Positions 27,898 through 36,728 of a DNA stretch of 64,000 bases are shown one piece after another. Position 1 is the stretch's first letter, and every line of letters starts with the position of its first letter. The position numbers and the translations under genes were made by a program. The DNA is from a virus: the IMG/VR virus record IMGVR_UViG_3300002835_000026. One strand, given 5' to 3'. The notes beneath the pieces are model-generated. The model saw only the letters and a list, made by a program, of their open reading frames with translations. It did no database searches and was not told the origin of the DNA.

Positions 27898-28617
27898 TTA
27901 ATTATTTATTATCCATTGGTTTAATTTATTTAGATTCATTGTTATATCATTAGGAGCGTTGATTGGTTTTTCTGATGGTTCAGTTTTAAACTCATCTTTA
28001 GTTAATTGAAACCAAGTTTTAACATCAGTTCCTACATTAAATATTCCTGTCGCTTTTGTTTTAATTAACTTAATAATTAAATTAGATATTACATTAACAT
28101 AATCACCATTTGTTAATTGATCAATCCAAGCTTGTTTATAAGGAAATGGATATGGTTTATGAGATGTTCTAATAATTAAATAATTTTTTGATTTAAGTTC
28201 TATATAACCATCAGCTAATAATTTAGTATGACAATACCAAGTATTTAAAGTTGAAGGAACATCTTCTTCAGATGCATTATGTTTTGAATTAGCATAAACA
28301 TAATCTGTTGATATATGAATTAATTTTATATTATACTTATTACAAAAATCAGTTAAATCAGCTACTCCTTTATAATTAATAATCCATTGAGATTGTTTAT
28401 TGTCTGAATAAGTATCAGTATTAGCTATACAATTAATAATAGTATTATATTTAAGTATTTGAGTTTTTAATTCAAGAGAATCTTGAATAAAATACTTATT
28501 AAAAGTATTAGATTGGGTTAAATCAAAATTATCTTTTTTTCTTGAAATATAATCCCAACCTGATTGTTTTGCTAGCTCAGATCCTAATAATCCATCTCCT
28601 AAAATAACTACACTCAT
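27898..28617 (-). CDS. rmlD: RmlD-like NDP-4-keto-sugar reductase
   Basis: LGDGLLG, HISTDYVY, YCHTK, IIRTS. Confidence 0.82.
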   Translation of the reverse strand: MSVVILGDGLLGSELAKQSGWDYISRKKDNFDLTQSNTFNKYFIQDSLELKTQILKYNTIINCIANTDTYSDNKQSQWIINYKGVADLTDFCNKYNIKLIHISTDYVYANSKHNASEEDVPSTLNTWYCHTKLLADGYIELKSKNYLIIRTSHKPYPFPYKQAWIDQLTNGDYVNVISNLIIKLIKTKATGIFNVGTDVKTWFQLTKDEFKTEPSEKPINAPNDITMNLNKLNQWIINN

Positions 28618-29240
28618 TTTGTAATATCATAATAACCACCAATAATAAATTTCATTTTAGTATATATAGTACCTTCATTTTCTTCTTCTTTATATTTTGA
28701 TATTGGTATCACTCTGAAGTCACAGCTAATTCTTGTATTTAATGTTATATTTTGTTTATTTCCATGGGTTAAATTACAACCATTCCACATAACTGTTTGT
28801 CCATATAATGTATTTATAGGAGCAAAATCCCATTTATCTTCTTCACTTTCTGCCCAAATAGTATTTTCATTGTAAGCGTCAGTGAATGGTAAGAAAAAAT
28901 TAATTTCTTCTTTATTATGTTTATATGATTTATCTTTATGGTACTCAAATACACTTAAATTATTTACAAGATGAGTTCTAAAAGTTGGTATTTTTTGATA
29001 AACAATATCTTCATTAAATAAAGGCTTTATAATATTATAAATAAATTTATTATAAAGTGGTAAAAATTTATCTAAATTAGAATAATATAATTTATGCCAA
29101 TGTGTTGATTGATCAGTACCTTTTATAAATAAATTATAATTTTGTTTATTATGGATTTTTTCTAAATTTTCTTCTTGTAAAATATCCTGAATAATTGTTC
29201 TAAATGGATATTCATTAATATTAAAATTAATATACTTCAT
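28614..29240 (-). CDS. StrG-like Fe(II)/2OG dioxygenase
   Basis: YQKIPTFR, HKD...H, INFFLP, HGN, TRISCDFR (HxD...H triad and Arg). Confidence 0.75.
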   Translation of the reverse strand: MKYINFNINEYPFRTIIQDILQEENLEKIHNKQNYNLFIKGTDQSTHWHKLYYSNLDKFLPLYNKFIYNIIKPLFNEDIVYQKIPTFRTHLVNNLSVFEYHKDKSYKHNKEEINFFLPFTDAYNENTIWAESEEDKWDFAPINTLYGQTVMWNGCNLTHGNKQNITLNTRISCDFRVIPISKYKEEENEGTIYTKMKFIIGGYYDITK

Positions 29241-29245
29241 ATATA

Positions 29246-30535
29246 TTATTTATCAAATTTTTTAATTACTTGTTCTATATAATCAAATACTTCTGGAGTA
29301 TAATGAGGAGCAGCTCCGATAAAGAATACTTTGTCTAATACTTTATTTGCTTCTGGATAATCTTTATAATCACCTAAGAAACTATATCCGGGATGCATTA
29401 AAATATTTCCAGCGAAATAATTACGTGTTTGGATTTTATTAGCTTCTAAATACTCTACTAATCTATGTTTTAGTCCTTCTTCCTTACAAATAAATGGAGT
29501 TCCAAACCAACATGCTTCTGCTTTATCTAACATTTTTGGAGTACAAATATTAGGAATATTATCAGTAAATATTTTTTCTAATGTTTCTTTAGATATATTT
29601 CTACGAGTTTCAATTTCATTAAATTTATCTAATTGAACTGAACCGATTGCTCCTTGTAAATCTAATGGTTTTAAATTATAACCCATATTAGAAAATACAT
29701 ACTTATGATCTATTACTCCATCATATGATTCTAACCAATTATCAAAACGTTTACCGCATGTACCACATGATAATAAATTAGCTGAACCTACACAATAACA
29801 ATCTCTACCCCACCAAGCAATACTAACCATTAATTTTTTTAATTCTTCATCGTCAGTACAAATCATTCCTCCTTCACCTGTTGAAATATGATGAGCGGGA
29901 TAGAATGAATTAGAAAATGCTACATAATACTCATTTAAATATTTTCCATCCCATTTAGAACCTAAACTATCACAATTATCACCTACTAATTTTAAGTCAT
30001 ATTTTTTACAAATTTCTAATAATTTATCAAAATCAGGTGGATTTCCTAATACAGGAGAAACAAAAATTGCTTTAGTACGAGGTGTAATTTTAGCTTCAAT
30101 TTGATTTAAATCAAAGTTTAATGTATCCCATTCAATATCAATGAATACTGGTTTTAATCTATTTTGATGTAATACAGATATTGTAGTTGCAAAACCAACA
30201 GGTGAAACAATTACTTCATCATCATCAGCCCAATTAAAACGTTTCTTTAAAGCAGCTATTAATACTAAATTAGCTGACGAACCTGAGTTAACCATAAATG
30301 AGTATTTTGTATTAAATTGTTTTGAGAATTTTCTCTCAAATTTAAATACACTTTCACCTGATGTAATCCATTTTCCGTTTAAAAAGGTATTCATCGCTGC
30401 TTCTATCTCATTATTGTCCCAATATGGACCTGAATAATAGATAGGTGTCTTACCTGGTTCGAAATTTTTAGAATTATAAATATAAGGAGCAACATGGTTC
30501 CCTACTAACTCTTTGATATTGTCTTTTAAGATCAT
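29246..30535 (-). CDS. rfbH: RfbH/E1-type NDP-4-keto-6-deoxyglucose 3-dehydratase (DegT family)
   Basis: VNSGSSANL, DNCDSLG, SFYPAHHISTGEGG (His replacing the PLP Lys), GRDCYC...CGKRF Fe-S motif. Confidence 0.88.
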   Translation of the reverse strand: MILKDNIKELVGNHVAPYIYNSKNFEPGKTPIYYSGPYWDNNEIEAAMNTFLNGKWITSGESVFKFERKFSKQFNTKYSFMVNSGSSANLVLIAALKKRFNWADDDEVIVSPVGFATTISVLHQNRLKPVFIDIEWDTLNFDLNQIEAKITPRTKAIFVSPVLGNPPDFDKLLEICKKYDLKLVGDNCDSLGSKWDGKYLNEYYVAFSNSFYPAHHISTGEGGMICTDDEELKKLMVSIAWWGRDCYCVGSANLLSCGTCGKRFDNWLESYDGVIDHKYVFSNMGYNLKPLDLQGAIGSVQLDKFNEIETRRNISKETLEKIFTDNIPNICTPKMLDKAEACWFGTPFICKEEGLKHRLVEYLEANKIQTRNYFAGNILMHPGYSFLGDYKDYPEANKVLDKVFFIGAAPHYTPEVFDYIEQVIKKFDK

Positions 30536-30538
30536 ATT

Positions 30539-31036
30539 TTAGTAATTTGTTTTACCTTGAAACTGACCGTCATATAGGTCTTGAGGAATAGGATTTGTAA
30601 GCATATAAAACTGGCATACACGAGCATTTTCCTCAATGAATATAGTTTCAGCTTCTAACATTAATGTAGTTCCCATTTCTCTAGTCATAAATCCTGGATC
30701 CCACATAGGTGAATTAATATGAGCACCTCCTCTATAAATAGAAGAACGTGATGTGATAAATCCTGTAGCATGAGAAGGAATTGAAACACCTTCATTAAAG
30801 GTTAAAGCATAAGCTCCTCTTTCTAGTCTCCACATTTGTCTACCTTCAATACTTGTTAAAGGTATTTCAATAAATAATGAAGGATCAACTACTGTTTTTT
30901 CTTGGAAAACTAATACTCCACCAATAATTTTTTCGATTTTTTTAACTGATAAATCAATACCTACTTGATTTACTTTATGGTAATCGGTACCATTAGTTTC
31001 CAGATATTGGAATACTTGATGTCCTGTTAGCAACAT
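30539..31036 (-). CDS. trimeric dUTPase/dCTP deaminase family protein
   Basis: GIDL, SRSS..R, WDPGF, RVCQ, YDGQFQ. Confidence 0.85.
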   Translation of the reverse strand: MLLTGHQVFQYLETNGTDYHKVNQVGIDLSVKKIEKIIGGVLVFQEKTVVDPSLFIEIPLTSIEGRQMWRLERGAYALTFNEGVSIPSHATGFITSRSSIYRGGAHINSPMWDPGFMTREMGTTLMLEAETIFIEENARVCQFYMLTNPIPQDLYDGQFQGKTNY

Positions 31037-31761
31037 AATTTTAATTTTATCATTTCTAATACTTCTTGTTTTGCTGTTTTTGTATGATCAGCGAACACAC
31101 CTGATACTTCACTTGTAACCATACTAGCACCTTGATGTTTAACTCCTCTACAAGATACACATTGATGACCAGCATGTATAATAACCATTACTCCAATATT
31201 ACCTTCACAAATTTCATTAATTGCATTATGGATTGCTACTGTTAATTGTTCTTGAATTGCACCTCTTCTACCAAAATGTTCTACAATACGATTTAATTTA
31301 CTTAAACCAATTACTTTACCTTCTAGTCCTGGAATATAAGCAATATGAACATTACCTAAGATAGCTTGATGATGATGAGAACACATACTTGTTACTGGAA
31401 TGTCTCTTTCTAAAACAATACCATTATATCCGTCACTTGGAAATGCTGTAATTTCAGTTGGTATTTCATATCTACCTCTCCATAAATCATTTACATATGC
31501 TTTAGATACACGACGTGGTGTTTCCATACTATTTGGATCATTTTCCCAATCTACACCTAATGCGGTTAAAAATTTACCATATGCTTTTTCAGCATTAGTA
31601 ATGATTTTTTTCTTTTCTTTGTCATTTAAAGAACGATGTTGTCCTTTATCAATTAGGTCTTTTAATTGCAATGAAATACCATTTGCAAAACCTGCTTGTG
31701 CTGTCTCTAATTTCTCGATGTCAGCTGTTTTACGTCTATTGTTTATAACTTTATCTTTCAT
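31027..31761 (-). CDS. folE: GTP cyclohydrolase I
   Basis: ETPRRV, SMCSHH, GLSKLNRIV, IQEQLT, HQCVSCRG. Confidence 0.96.
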   Translation of the reverse strand: MKDKVINNRRKTADIEKLETAQAGFANGISLQLKDLIDKGQHRSLNDKEKKKIITNAEKAYGKFLTALGVDWENDPNSMETPRRVSKAYVNDLWRGRYEIPTEITAFPSDGYNGIVLERDIPVTSMCSHHHQAILGNVHIAYIPGLEGKVIGLSKLNRIVEHFGRRGAIQEQLTVAIHNAINEICEGNIGVMVIIHAGHQCVSCRGVKHQGASMVTSEVSGVFADHTKTAKQEVLEMIKLKLCC

Positions 31762-31767
31762 ATAACT

Positions 31768-31800
31768 GTATTATAATAATTTATTTTAATAATGCCAAAC
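31768..31800 (-). promoter_or_regulatory. variant early/middle promoter
   Basis: GTTTGGC-N-TATAATAC, 20 nt spacer. Confidence 0.55.
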
Positions 31801-32303
31801 TATAAGGCATATAAAACTGGATGGTTTCTAAGATGACCATTTTCATTATCCATTCCCATTCCGCATAACCACTCTTCATCTACTTCAAATCCCCAAACCA
31901 TATTTTCTAATGGCTCAGTCTTTTTTCTTTTAGCTAAAGTTACAACGTTAATTGATTTTGGATTTTTAATTTTAATGAACTCAATTAAAGCCTTCATTGT
32001 ATTACCTGAGTCAAAAATATCGTCTACTAAGTAAACATGTTTTCCTTTAATTGGTATCTCTAAATCTTTAGTAATTTTAATATCACCTTGATTATTTTTA
32101 GAAACATAACTTTTTACTCTAACAAAATCACATTCAATGTCTGTTGTTAATGCTTTTACTAATTCAGTATAAAACATAAAACCACCATTTAGAACACAAA
32201 CCATAACAACTGGTGTTTTATCTCCTCTATGTTCGTCTGAAATGTTTTTTGCTAGTATTCTTGTTCTTATTTCTATTTGTTGTTGTCCAAATAGTTTGAT
32301 CAT
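31800..32303 (-). CDS. hpt: hypoxanthine/guanine-type phosphoribosyltransferase
   Basis: VLNGGFMF, KSY, LVDDIFDSGNT (PRPP loop), WLCGMGMD, LRN. Confidence 0.9.
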   Translation of the reverse strand: MIKLFGQQQIEIRTRILAKNISDEHRGDKTPVVMVCVLNGGFMFYTELVKALTTDIECDFVRVKSYVSKNNQGDIKITKDLEIPIKGKHVYLVDDIFDSGNTMKALIEFIKIKNPKSINVVTLAKRKKTEPLENMVWGFEVDEEWLCGMGMDNENGHLRNHPVLYAL

Positions 32304-32581
32304 AACAATTTTTTAATTTTTATAGAACCTTCATATTTTTTGTAACCTGTCTCACTTAAAACTACTACTGCAGGTAAGAATTGAACATCAAATAATTCTG
32401 AGATAAATTCTGTTTCTTCTTCATCATTATCAATTTCTACTAACTTATGGTCTGGTCTTGCCTTAGCAATTTCGTTTATTGTAGATTTAATTTTAGTGCA
32501 ATGATCACACCATTCTGTATAAAAGAAAAATATAGATTTTTCCTTACGTTGGATTGATTCTTTAAGTAATTTCTTATTCAT
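32300..32581 (-). CDS. thioredoxin
   Basis: WCDHC, cis-Pro FLPA. Confidence 0.88.
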   Translation of the reverse strand: MNKKLLKESIQRKEKSIFFFYTEWCDHCTKIKSTINEIAKARPDHKLVEIDNDEEETEFISELFDVQFLPAVVVLSETGYKKYEGSIKIKKLL

Positions 32582-32584
32582 GGT

Positions 32585-32593
32585 GATAAATAT
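32585..32593 (-). promoter_or_regulatory. putative late promoter ATATTTATC
   Basis: 3 nt upstream of ATG 32581. Confidence 0.4.
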
Positions 32594-32594
32594 A

Positions 32595-33254
32595 TTATAA
32601 AATAGAAAGTAATTTATCTGTATCTACTACTTGTCCAGCGTAATTAAATATATCATATATCTTTGAATTAAACATTTCGAAATTACTTGGGTAGATATAA
32701 TAATCGGATGGTTGGAAAATTTTAGCTAATCGTGAATATACTTTTTGCTCAAAAATTGGCTCTGTTGGTATTGTATCTATAGTAAATAAATATTTAGCTG
32801 CTTGTATATTATAAGCTCCATGACCTACAGAAATTGAACCAGGAAATGTTAAATTATATTTTACATCACCCCATTGTGATCCTATTATTTTTACACCATC
32901 TTCAAGTAATTTAATCCATTGTTTTTGTTGTTCAAAAATAGTATCATCTACCCAATAATCATAAGCTGTTTTAATTACATACTTAGCTCCTAGATATTCT
33001 AATAGATTTAAACCTATATTAATTTTATCTAAATCACCTTTACCATAATGATTATCATCTTTATTTAATAATTCACAAACATAAAGATCACATAATTTAG
33101 CTATTTCTTCATTTGGAATACTATCAATTAAAACTATATAACTATTAGGGTAATACTTTTTAATTTGTTTAAGATATTTTATTAAGTGATTTGTTTTTTC
33201 AATTGCTAATGAACCTCCAATATAAGAAGTTATTAAGAAATATGTTTTATCCAT
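32595..33254 (-). CDS. hypothetical protein, possibly GT-A-like
   Basis: 219 aa; IVLIDS and KYVIKTAYD patterns. Confidence 0.6.
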   Translation of the reverse strand: MDKTYFLITSYIGGSLAIEKTNHLIKYLKQIKKYYPNSYIVLIDSIPNEEIAKLCDLYVCELLNKDDNHYGKGDLDKINIGLNLLEYLGAKYVIKTAYDYWVDDTIFEQQKQWIKLLEDGVKIIGSQWGDVKYNLTFPGSISVGHGAYNIQAAKYLFTIDTIPTEPIFEQKVYSRLAKIFQPSDYYIYPSNFEMFNSKIYDIFNYAGQVVDTDKLLSIL

Positions 33255-33435
33255 GTATATGAATTTTTCTAAGTGTAAATTTATGTCCTGAATCTGAGTT
33301 GATTTCTAATAATGCTTTAAAGTCTTCAGCTTTATCTTTAGTTTCAAACTCTAATACTTCTCCATGACCATCTAAGATGATCACAGGTATAGTAGCTTTT
33401 TCTGTTTCAATATGTTTAATAATAACATAACACAT
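33247..33435 (-). CDS. hypothetical protein
   Basis: 62 aa, overlaps both neighbours. Confidence 0.7.
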   Translation of the reverse strand: MCYVIIKHIETEKATIPVIILDGHGEVLEFETKDKAEDFKALLEINSDSGHKFTLRKIHIHG

Positions 33436-34205
33436 TATACACCTCTCTTTTGTCCGTAAGCAATAATATGATCTCTACCAGTCCAATTATAACCTTCTCT
33501 AGTACACATTTCAATTGAAATTGGATACATTCTAGTTAATTCTTCTGCTGTATCACCAGCTGGCATAATCCATGTTTTGTTTTTAGGAATACCTAACTCA
33601 ACTCTAAACGCTTCAATTTCAACTAAGTTTTCTTCTGTTCCATCCCATACTGGTTTTAAATGATAATCAGAATGAAATTCAATCATCTGTTTAATTTCAG
33701 GAATGTTAAGACGGTATTTGTTATGTTGGTCCACAAACTTTTGATCCACTTCTTTACCAAGTGGAGTAAGAATCCCAACCCTAGGAACACTATTGCTAAA
33801 CTTAGGGCTAATAGATAAGAGACCGATAGGAAAATCAGTCTCAATAAAGTGACTACCTTCAGTTTCCATAGTGATAAGAATACCTCTTTCATTTGCAAAA
33901 TGTGTTAATTCGTTTACTAATACTGGATGCATTGTAGGTGCGCCACCTGTTAACATCATTTCTTTAATATGAGGATTTTCATCATATATTTTAACGATGT
34001 CATTGAATGTAAATTTACCTTTTTCAGGGTGAATACTTGTATACCAAGAATCACACCATCCACCTTCACCAAACCAACATCTGTGAGTACAGCCTGTTGT
34101 TCTAACAGCAACTGTAGGTCTTCCTTGTCTACTACCTTCACTTTGAACACAAGGATAAATTTCTATCACTTGTATTTTTTTATTGTAATCTAATATTCTA
34201 TCCAT
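33435..34205 (-). CDS. queE: 7-carboxy-7-deazaguanine synthase (radical SAM)
   Basis: EIY..QSEG...G.P...VRTTGC, CTHRCWFGEGGWCDS, LTGG, METEG, SISPK. Confidence 0.92.
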   Translation of the reverse strand: MDRILDYNKKIQVIEIYPCVQSEGSRQGRPTVAVRTTGCTHRCWFGEGGWCDSWYTSIHPEKGKFTFNDIVKIYDENPHIKEMMLTGGAPTMHPVLVNELTHFANERGILITMETEGSHFIETDFPIGLLSISPKFSNSVPRVGILTPLGKEVDQKFVDQHNKYRLNIPEIKQMIEFHSDYHLKPVWDGTEENLVEIEAFRVELGIPKNKTWIMPAGDTAEELTRMYPISIEMCTREGYNWTGRDHIIAYGQKRGV

Positions 34206-34210
34206 AACTA

Positions 34211-34690
34211 TTATTCTGCTTCAAAAATTGATGAATTCTTACCGTGTTCAAAACACTCTACTTTAATTACTTTACATCTAGCACCATCTGTATTAGATAA
34301 TACTTCATTAAACTTATCTGATACTAGCTTGGCTAATGATTCACAACCCATTTTATCCATTAAATGTACTTTAGCTAATCCCATTTGTCCTAATTGTTCA
34401 AATACATCAGCAAACGGATCATCTTTTTCAACTAGTAATGTATGGTCCCACATATGGTCCATCCAATCTTTTAATCCATTTCCTACTGGTTTTGATTTAA
34501 ATCCTCCAAAATCAACAATCCAATTCATTTCATCTAATTGTTTATCTAAATCTGGTTGATTAGATGCAAACCATACTTTAAAGTAAATTCCATAACCGTG
34601 TAGTAATTGACAATGTGAATGTTGCGCTTTCCATTGTCTAATTGCAACTGAATAATTGTCAAATACTTTCGTTGAAATATATCTAGCCAT
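34211..34690 (-). CDS. queD: 6-carboxytetrahydropterin synthase, variant
   Basis: HCQLLHGY, WIVDFG, DHT, GCE; adjacent to queE. Confidence 0.88.
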   Translation of the reverse strand: MARYISTKVFDNYSVAIRQWKAQHSHCQLLHGYGIYFKVWFASNQPDLDKQLDEMNWIVDFGGFKSKPVGNGLKDWMDHMWDHTLLVEKDDPFADVFEQLGQMGLAKVHLMDKMGCESLAKLVSDKFNEVLSNTDGARCKVIKVECFEHGKNSSIFEAE

Positions 34691-34691
34691 A

Positions 34692-34940
34692 TTAATTATT
34701 ATTGAAAAAATTTACTATATCATTTATTGGTTTTGCTCCTATAAATCGAGCTTTTTCAACTCCATTATCTACTAAAACTACAGTAGGAACACTAGTTACA
34801 TTATATTGTTTAGTTAATGTGACATCATAGTCTACATTTACTTTATTTACTGGAATTTGTTTAGCAACTTGTTCCATAATTGGGCCTAATATTTTACATG
34901 GTTGACACCATTCAGCACTGAAGTATATAAATCCTTTCAT
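34692..34940 (-). CDS. thioredoxin
   Basis: FSAEWCQPCK, VTSVPT. Confidence 0.92.
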   Translation of the reverse strand: MKGFIYFSAEWCQPCKILGPIMEQVAKQIPVNKVNVDYDVTLTKQYNVTSVPTVVLVDNGVEKARFIGAKPINDIVNFFNNN

Positions 34941-34941
34941 A

Positions 34942-35139
34942 TTAAAATTGTTTTTCGTCTATTAATTCTATTTCTTTATTTTGTTGTTTTAAATATTTTG
35001 TACTTGAATATAGGAGTGGTTTTGCTTCATCCCAATTAGCTGACCAAACTGATTGACCACCTAATAAACCTACAAATACCTCTCCATCCTTATTCAAAAC
35101 TATATAAAACGGTTGTTTTTCTTCTTTTTGTTTTTTCAT
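34942..35139 (-). CDS. hypothetical protein
   Basis: 65 aa ORF in operon. Confidence 0.7.
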   Translation of the reverse strand: MKKQKEEKQPFYIVLNKDGEVFVGLLGGQSVWSANWDEAKPLLYSSTKYLKQQNKEIELIDEKQF

Positions 35140-35291
35140 ACTAACTCTTCTACAATACCAATCAACTCACTTAATATAAGTATAACAGCTGCTAAAGCCA
35201 AGTTAAAAGATAAAGTAATATAACCTAATATTCTAATTCCTGATTTAAGGAAACTAACACGTTGATGTAATTTAGGATCTGGTTGTTTCAT
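35136..35291 (-). CDS. small membrane protein (51 aa)
   Basis: Read manually: MKQPDPKLHQRVSFLKSGIRILGYITLSFNLALAAVILILSELIGIVEELV; overlaps queC end. Confidence 0.7.
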   Translation of the reverse strand: MKQPDPKLHQRVSFLKSGIRILGYITLSFNLALAAVILILSELIGIVEELV

Positions 35292-36192
35292 GTTCTTTTA
35301 ATACTTTAGTTACTTCATTTACTACATGTTCCCATGTTACCGGACCTGTTTCGTCTGCATATTCTGCTGGGTCAGGACGACCTAATTTTAAAAACGCTTC
35401 TACACGTTCAACTGATGATGCTGATTTATAATCTGAATACCATTTACCGCTAAAAGTAATTACTTGCTTAGTGCCAAATAAGTCAATATCTGTTTCAACT
35501 TGATCTTCAATATATATTGGCTTATAAGACGTATTAGTCCGGCTATATACTGCGTTAAAGTCAAGGCCTAATGTATTGCAACACGCTGCGCCATCCTCTA
35601 ATATAGTGTATTTATCGCCGGTTAAGTACGGAGTATAATATGTTACTTTCTCAGCACCCCAATTACCTGCTTTAAACGCTTCATAATCAATATCACGAAA
35701 CTCTTGTCTACAATCTGGATAGATAGCGTGGTCACCTGCATGAATACCCATAGCAATTACACACTCAGTATTCTTTTGTTCAGCAATTGATAATGCAACA
35801 GCCTGAATAATTGAACTAAATATTTTATTGCGATTTGGAACTACAGTTACTTTCATATTTTCTTCAGCATAATGACCTTCAGGTACTTCAGAACCACCGG
35901 ATACTAATGATGAATTTAATAATTGTGCTAAACCATCTAATTTAATTACTTGATGTTTAACTCTAAGAAAATGATGTAAAATAACTTCTGATGTTTCAGA
36001 TTTGTATTTAACTTCATCTGCTTTACTATTTAAATAATCAACTAATTCTTTAGCTCGTTCTAATTCTACATTGTGTTTTTGACCATAGTCAAAGGATAAT
36101 GCTGTTACTTCATAACCATTGGCAAGTAGATGAAGCAGTAAGCTGGAGCTATCCATACCTCCACTTAGTGATAATACTGCTTGTTTTTTCAT
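35272..36192 (-). CDS. queC: 7-cyano-7-deazaguanine synthase, cysteine-less variant
   Basis: SLSGGMDS PP-loop, FDYGQKH..E, VPNRN, HAGD..YPDCR. Confidence 0.93.
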   Translation of the reverse strand: MKKQAVLSLSGGMDSSSLLLHLLANGYEVTALSFDYGQKHNVELERAKELVDYLNSKADEVKYKSETSEVILHHFLRVKHQVIKLDGLAQLLNSSLVSGGSEVPEGHYAEENMKVTVVPNRNKIFSSIIQAVALSIAEQKNTECVIAMGIHAGDHAIYPDCRQEFRDIDYEAFKAGNWGAEKVTYYTPYLTGDKYTILEDGAACCNTLGLDFNAVYSRTNTSYKPIYIEDQVETDIDLFGTKQVITFSGKWYSDYKSASSVERVEAFLKLGRPDPAEYADETGPVTWEHVVNEVTKVLKEHETTRS

Positions 36193-36193
36193 T

Positions 36194-36550
36194 TTAGAAT
36201 GTTACTGTATAAATTGTTTTAATAGATAAATCTTCAGCTTTATATTTAGCTAAGTCTTTATCTCTAGCTACTTCAAACTCTACTGATTGACCATTTTTAG
36301 TTTGAACCCATAATTCTTTAATGAATTCAGTTGATGTAATTTCGTTTTCGTCATTACGTGTTACTTTGAACACTGTTACTTTATTTTGCATAATTGCGTT
36401 TTGGTTAATTGATGAAATTGTTAAATTTGGGGTTGTTAAATTTGGTACTGTAAAACTAGGAGTATAACTACTAATATATGTACCTGATGATGTTGTTCCA
36501 ATACCTGTTGTAAATGTTTGTGCCATGTTATTGTTGTTTAAATAGTTCAT
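36194..36550 (-). CDS. hypothetical protein
   Basis: 118 aa; Thr/Ser-rich N-terminus, start uncertain. Confidence 0.7.
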   Translation of the reverse strand: MNYLNNNNMAQTFTTGIGTTSSGTYISSYTPSFTVPNLTTPNLTISSINQNAIMQNKVTVFKVTRNDENEITSTEFIKELWVQTKNGQSVEFEVARDKDLAKYKAEDLSIKTIYTVTF

Positions 36551-36728
36551 AATCTTGTTTCTTTAATTCGTAATCCATACTATCACGTTTGTACTCCATT
36601 TCTTTATATTTAAGATCTTGTTTATAAGATTCTACAAATACTGTTAATAAAACCCAAACAGATAATCCTGCAAGGTAAAACAATATAATGTCTTGTTTTC
36701 TTTTAATCCAATCAATTAATCTTCTCAT
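36528..36728 (-). CDS. small membrane protein
   Basis: Single TM helix. Confidence 0.65.
   Translation of the reverse strand: MRRLIDWIKRKQDIILFYLAGLSVWVLLTVFVESYKQDLKYKEMEYKRDSMDYELKKQDYELFKQQ

Noticed and set aside
33683-34150. Two short minus-strand ORFs nested within queE
   Set aside because: Alternative-frame by-products with no motifs or initiation context.
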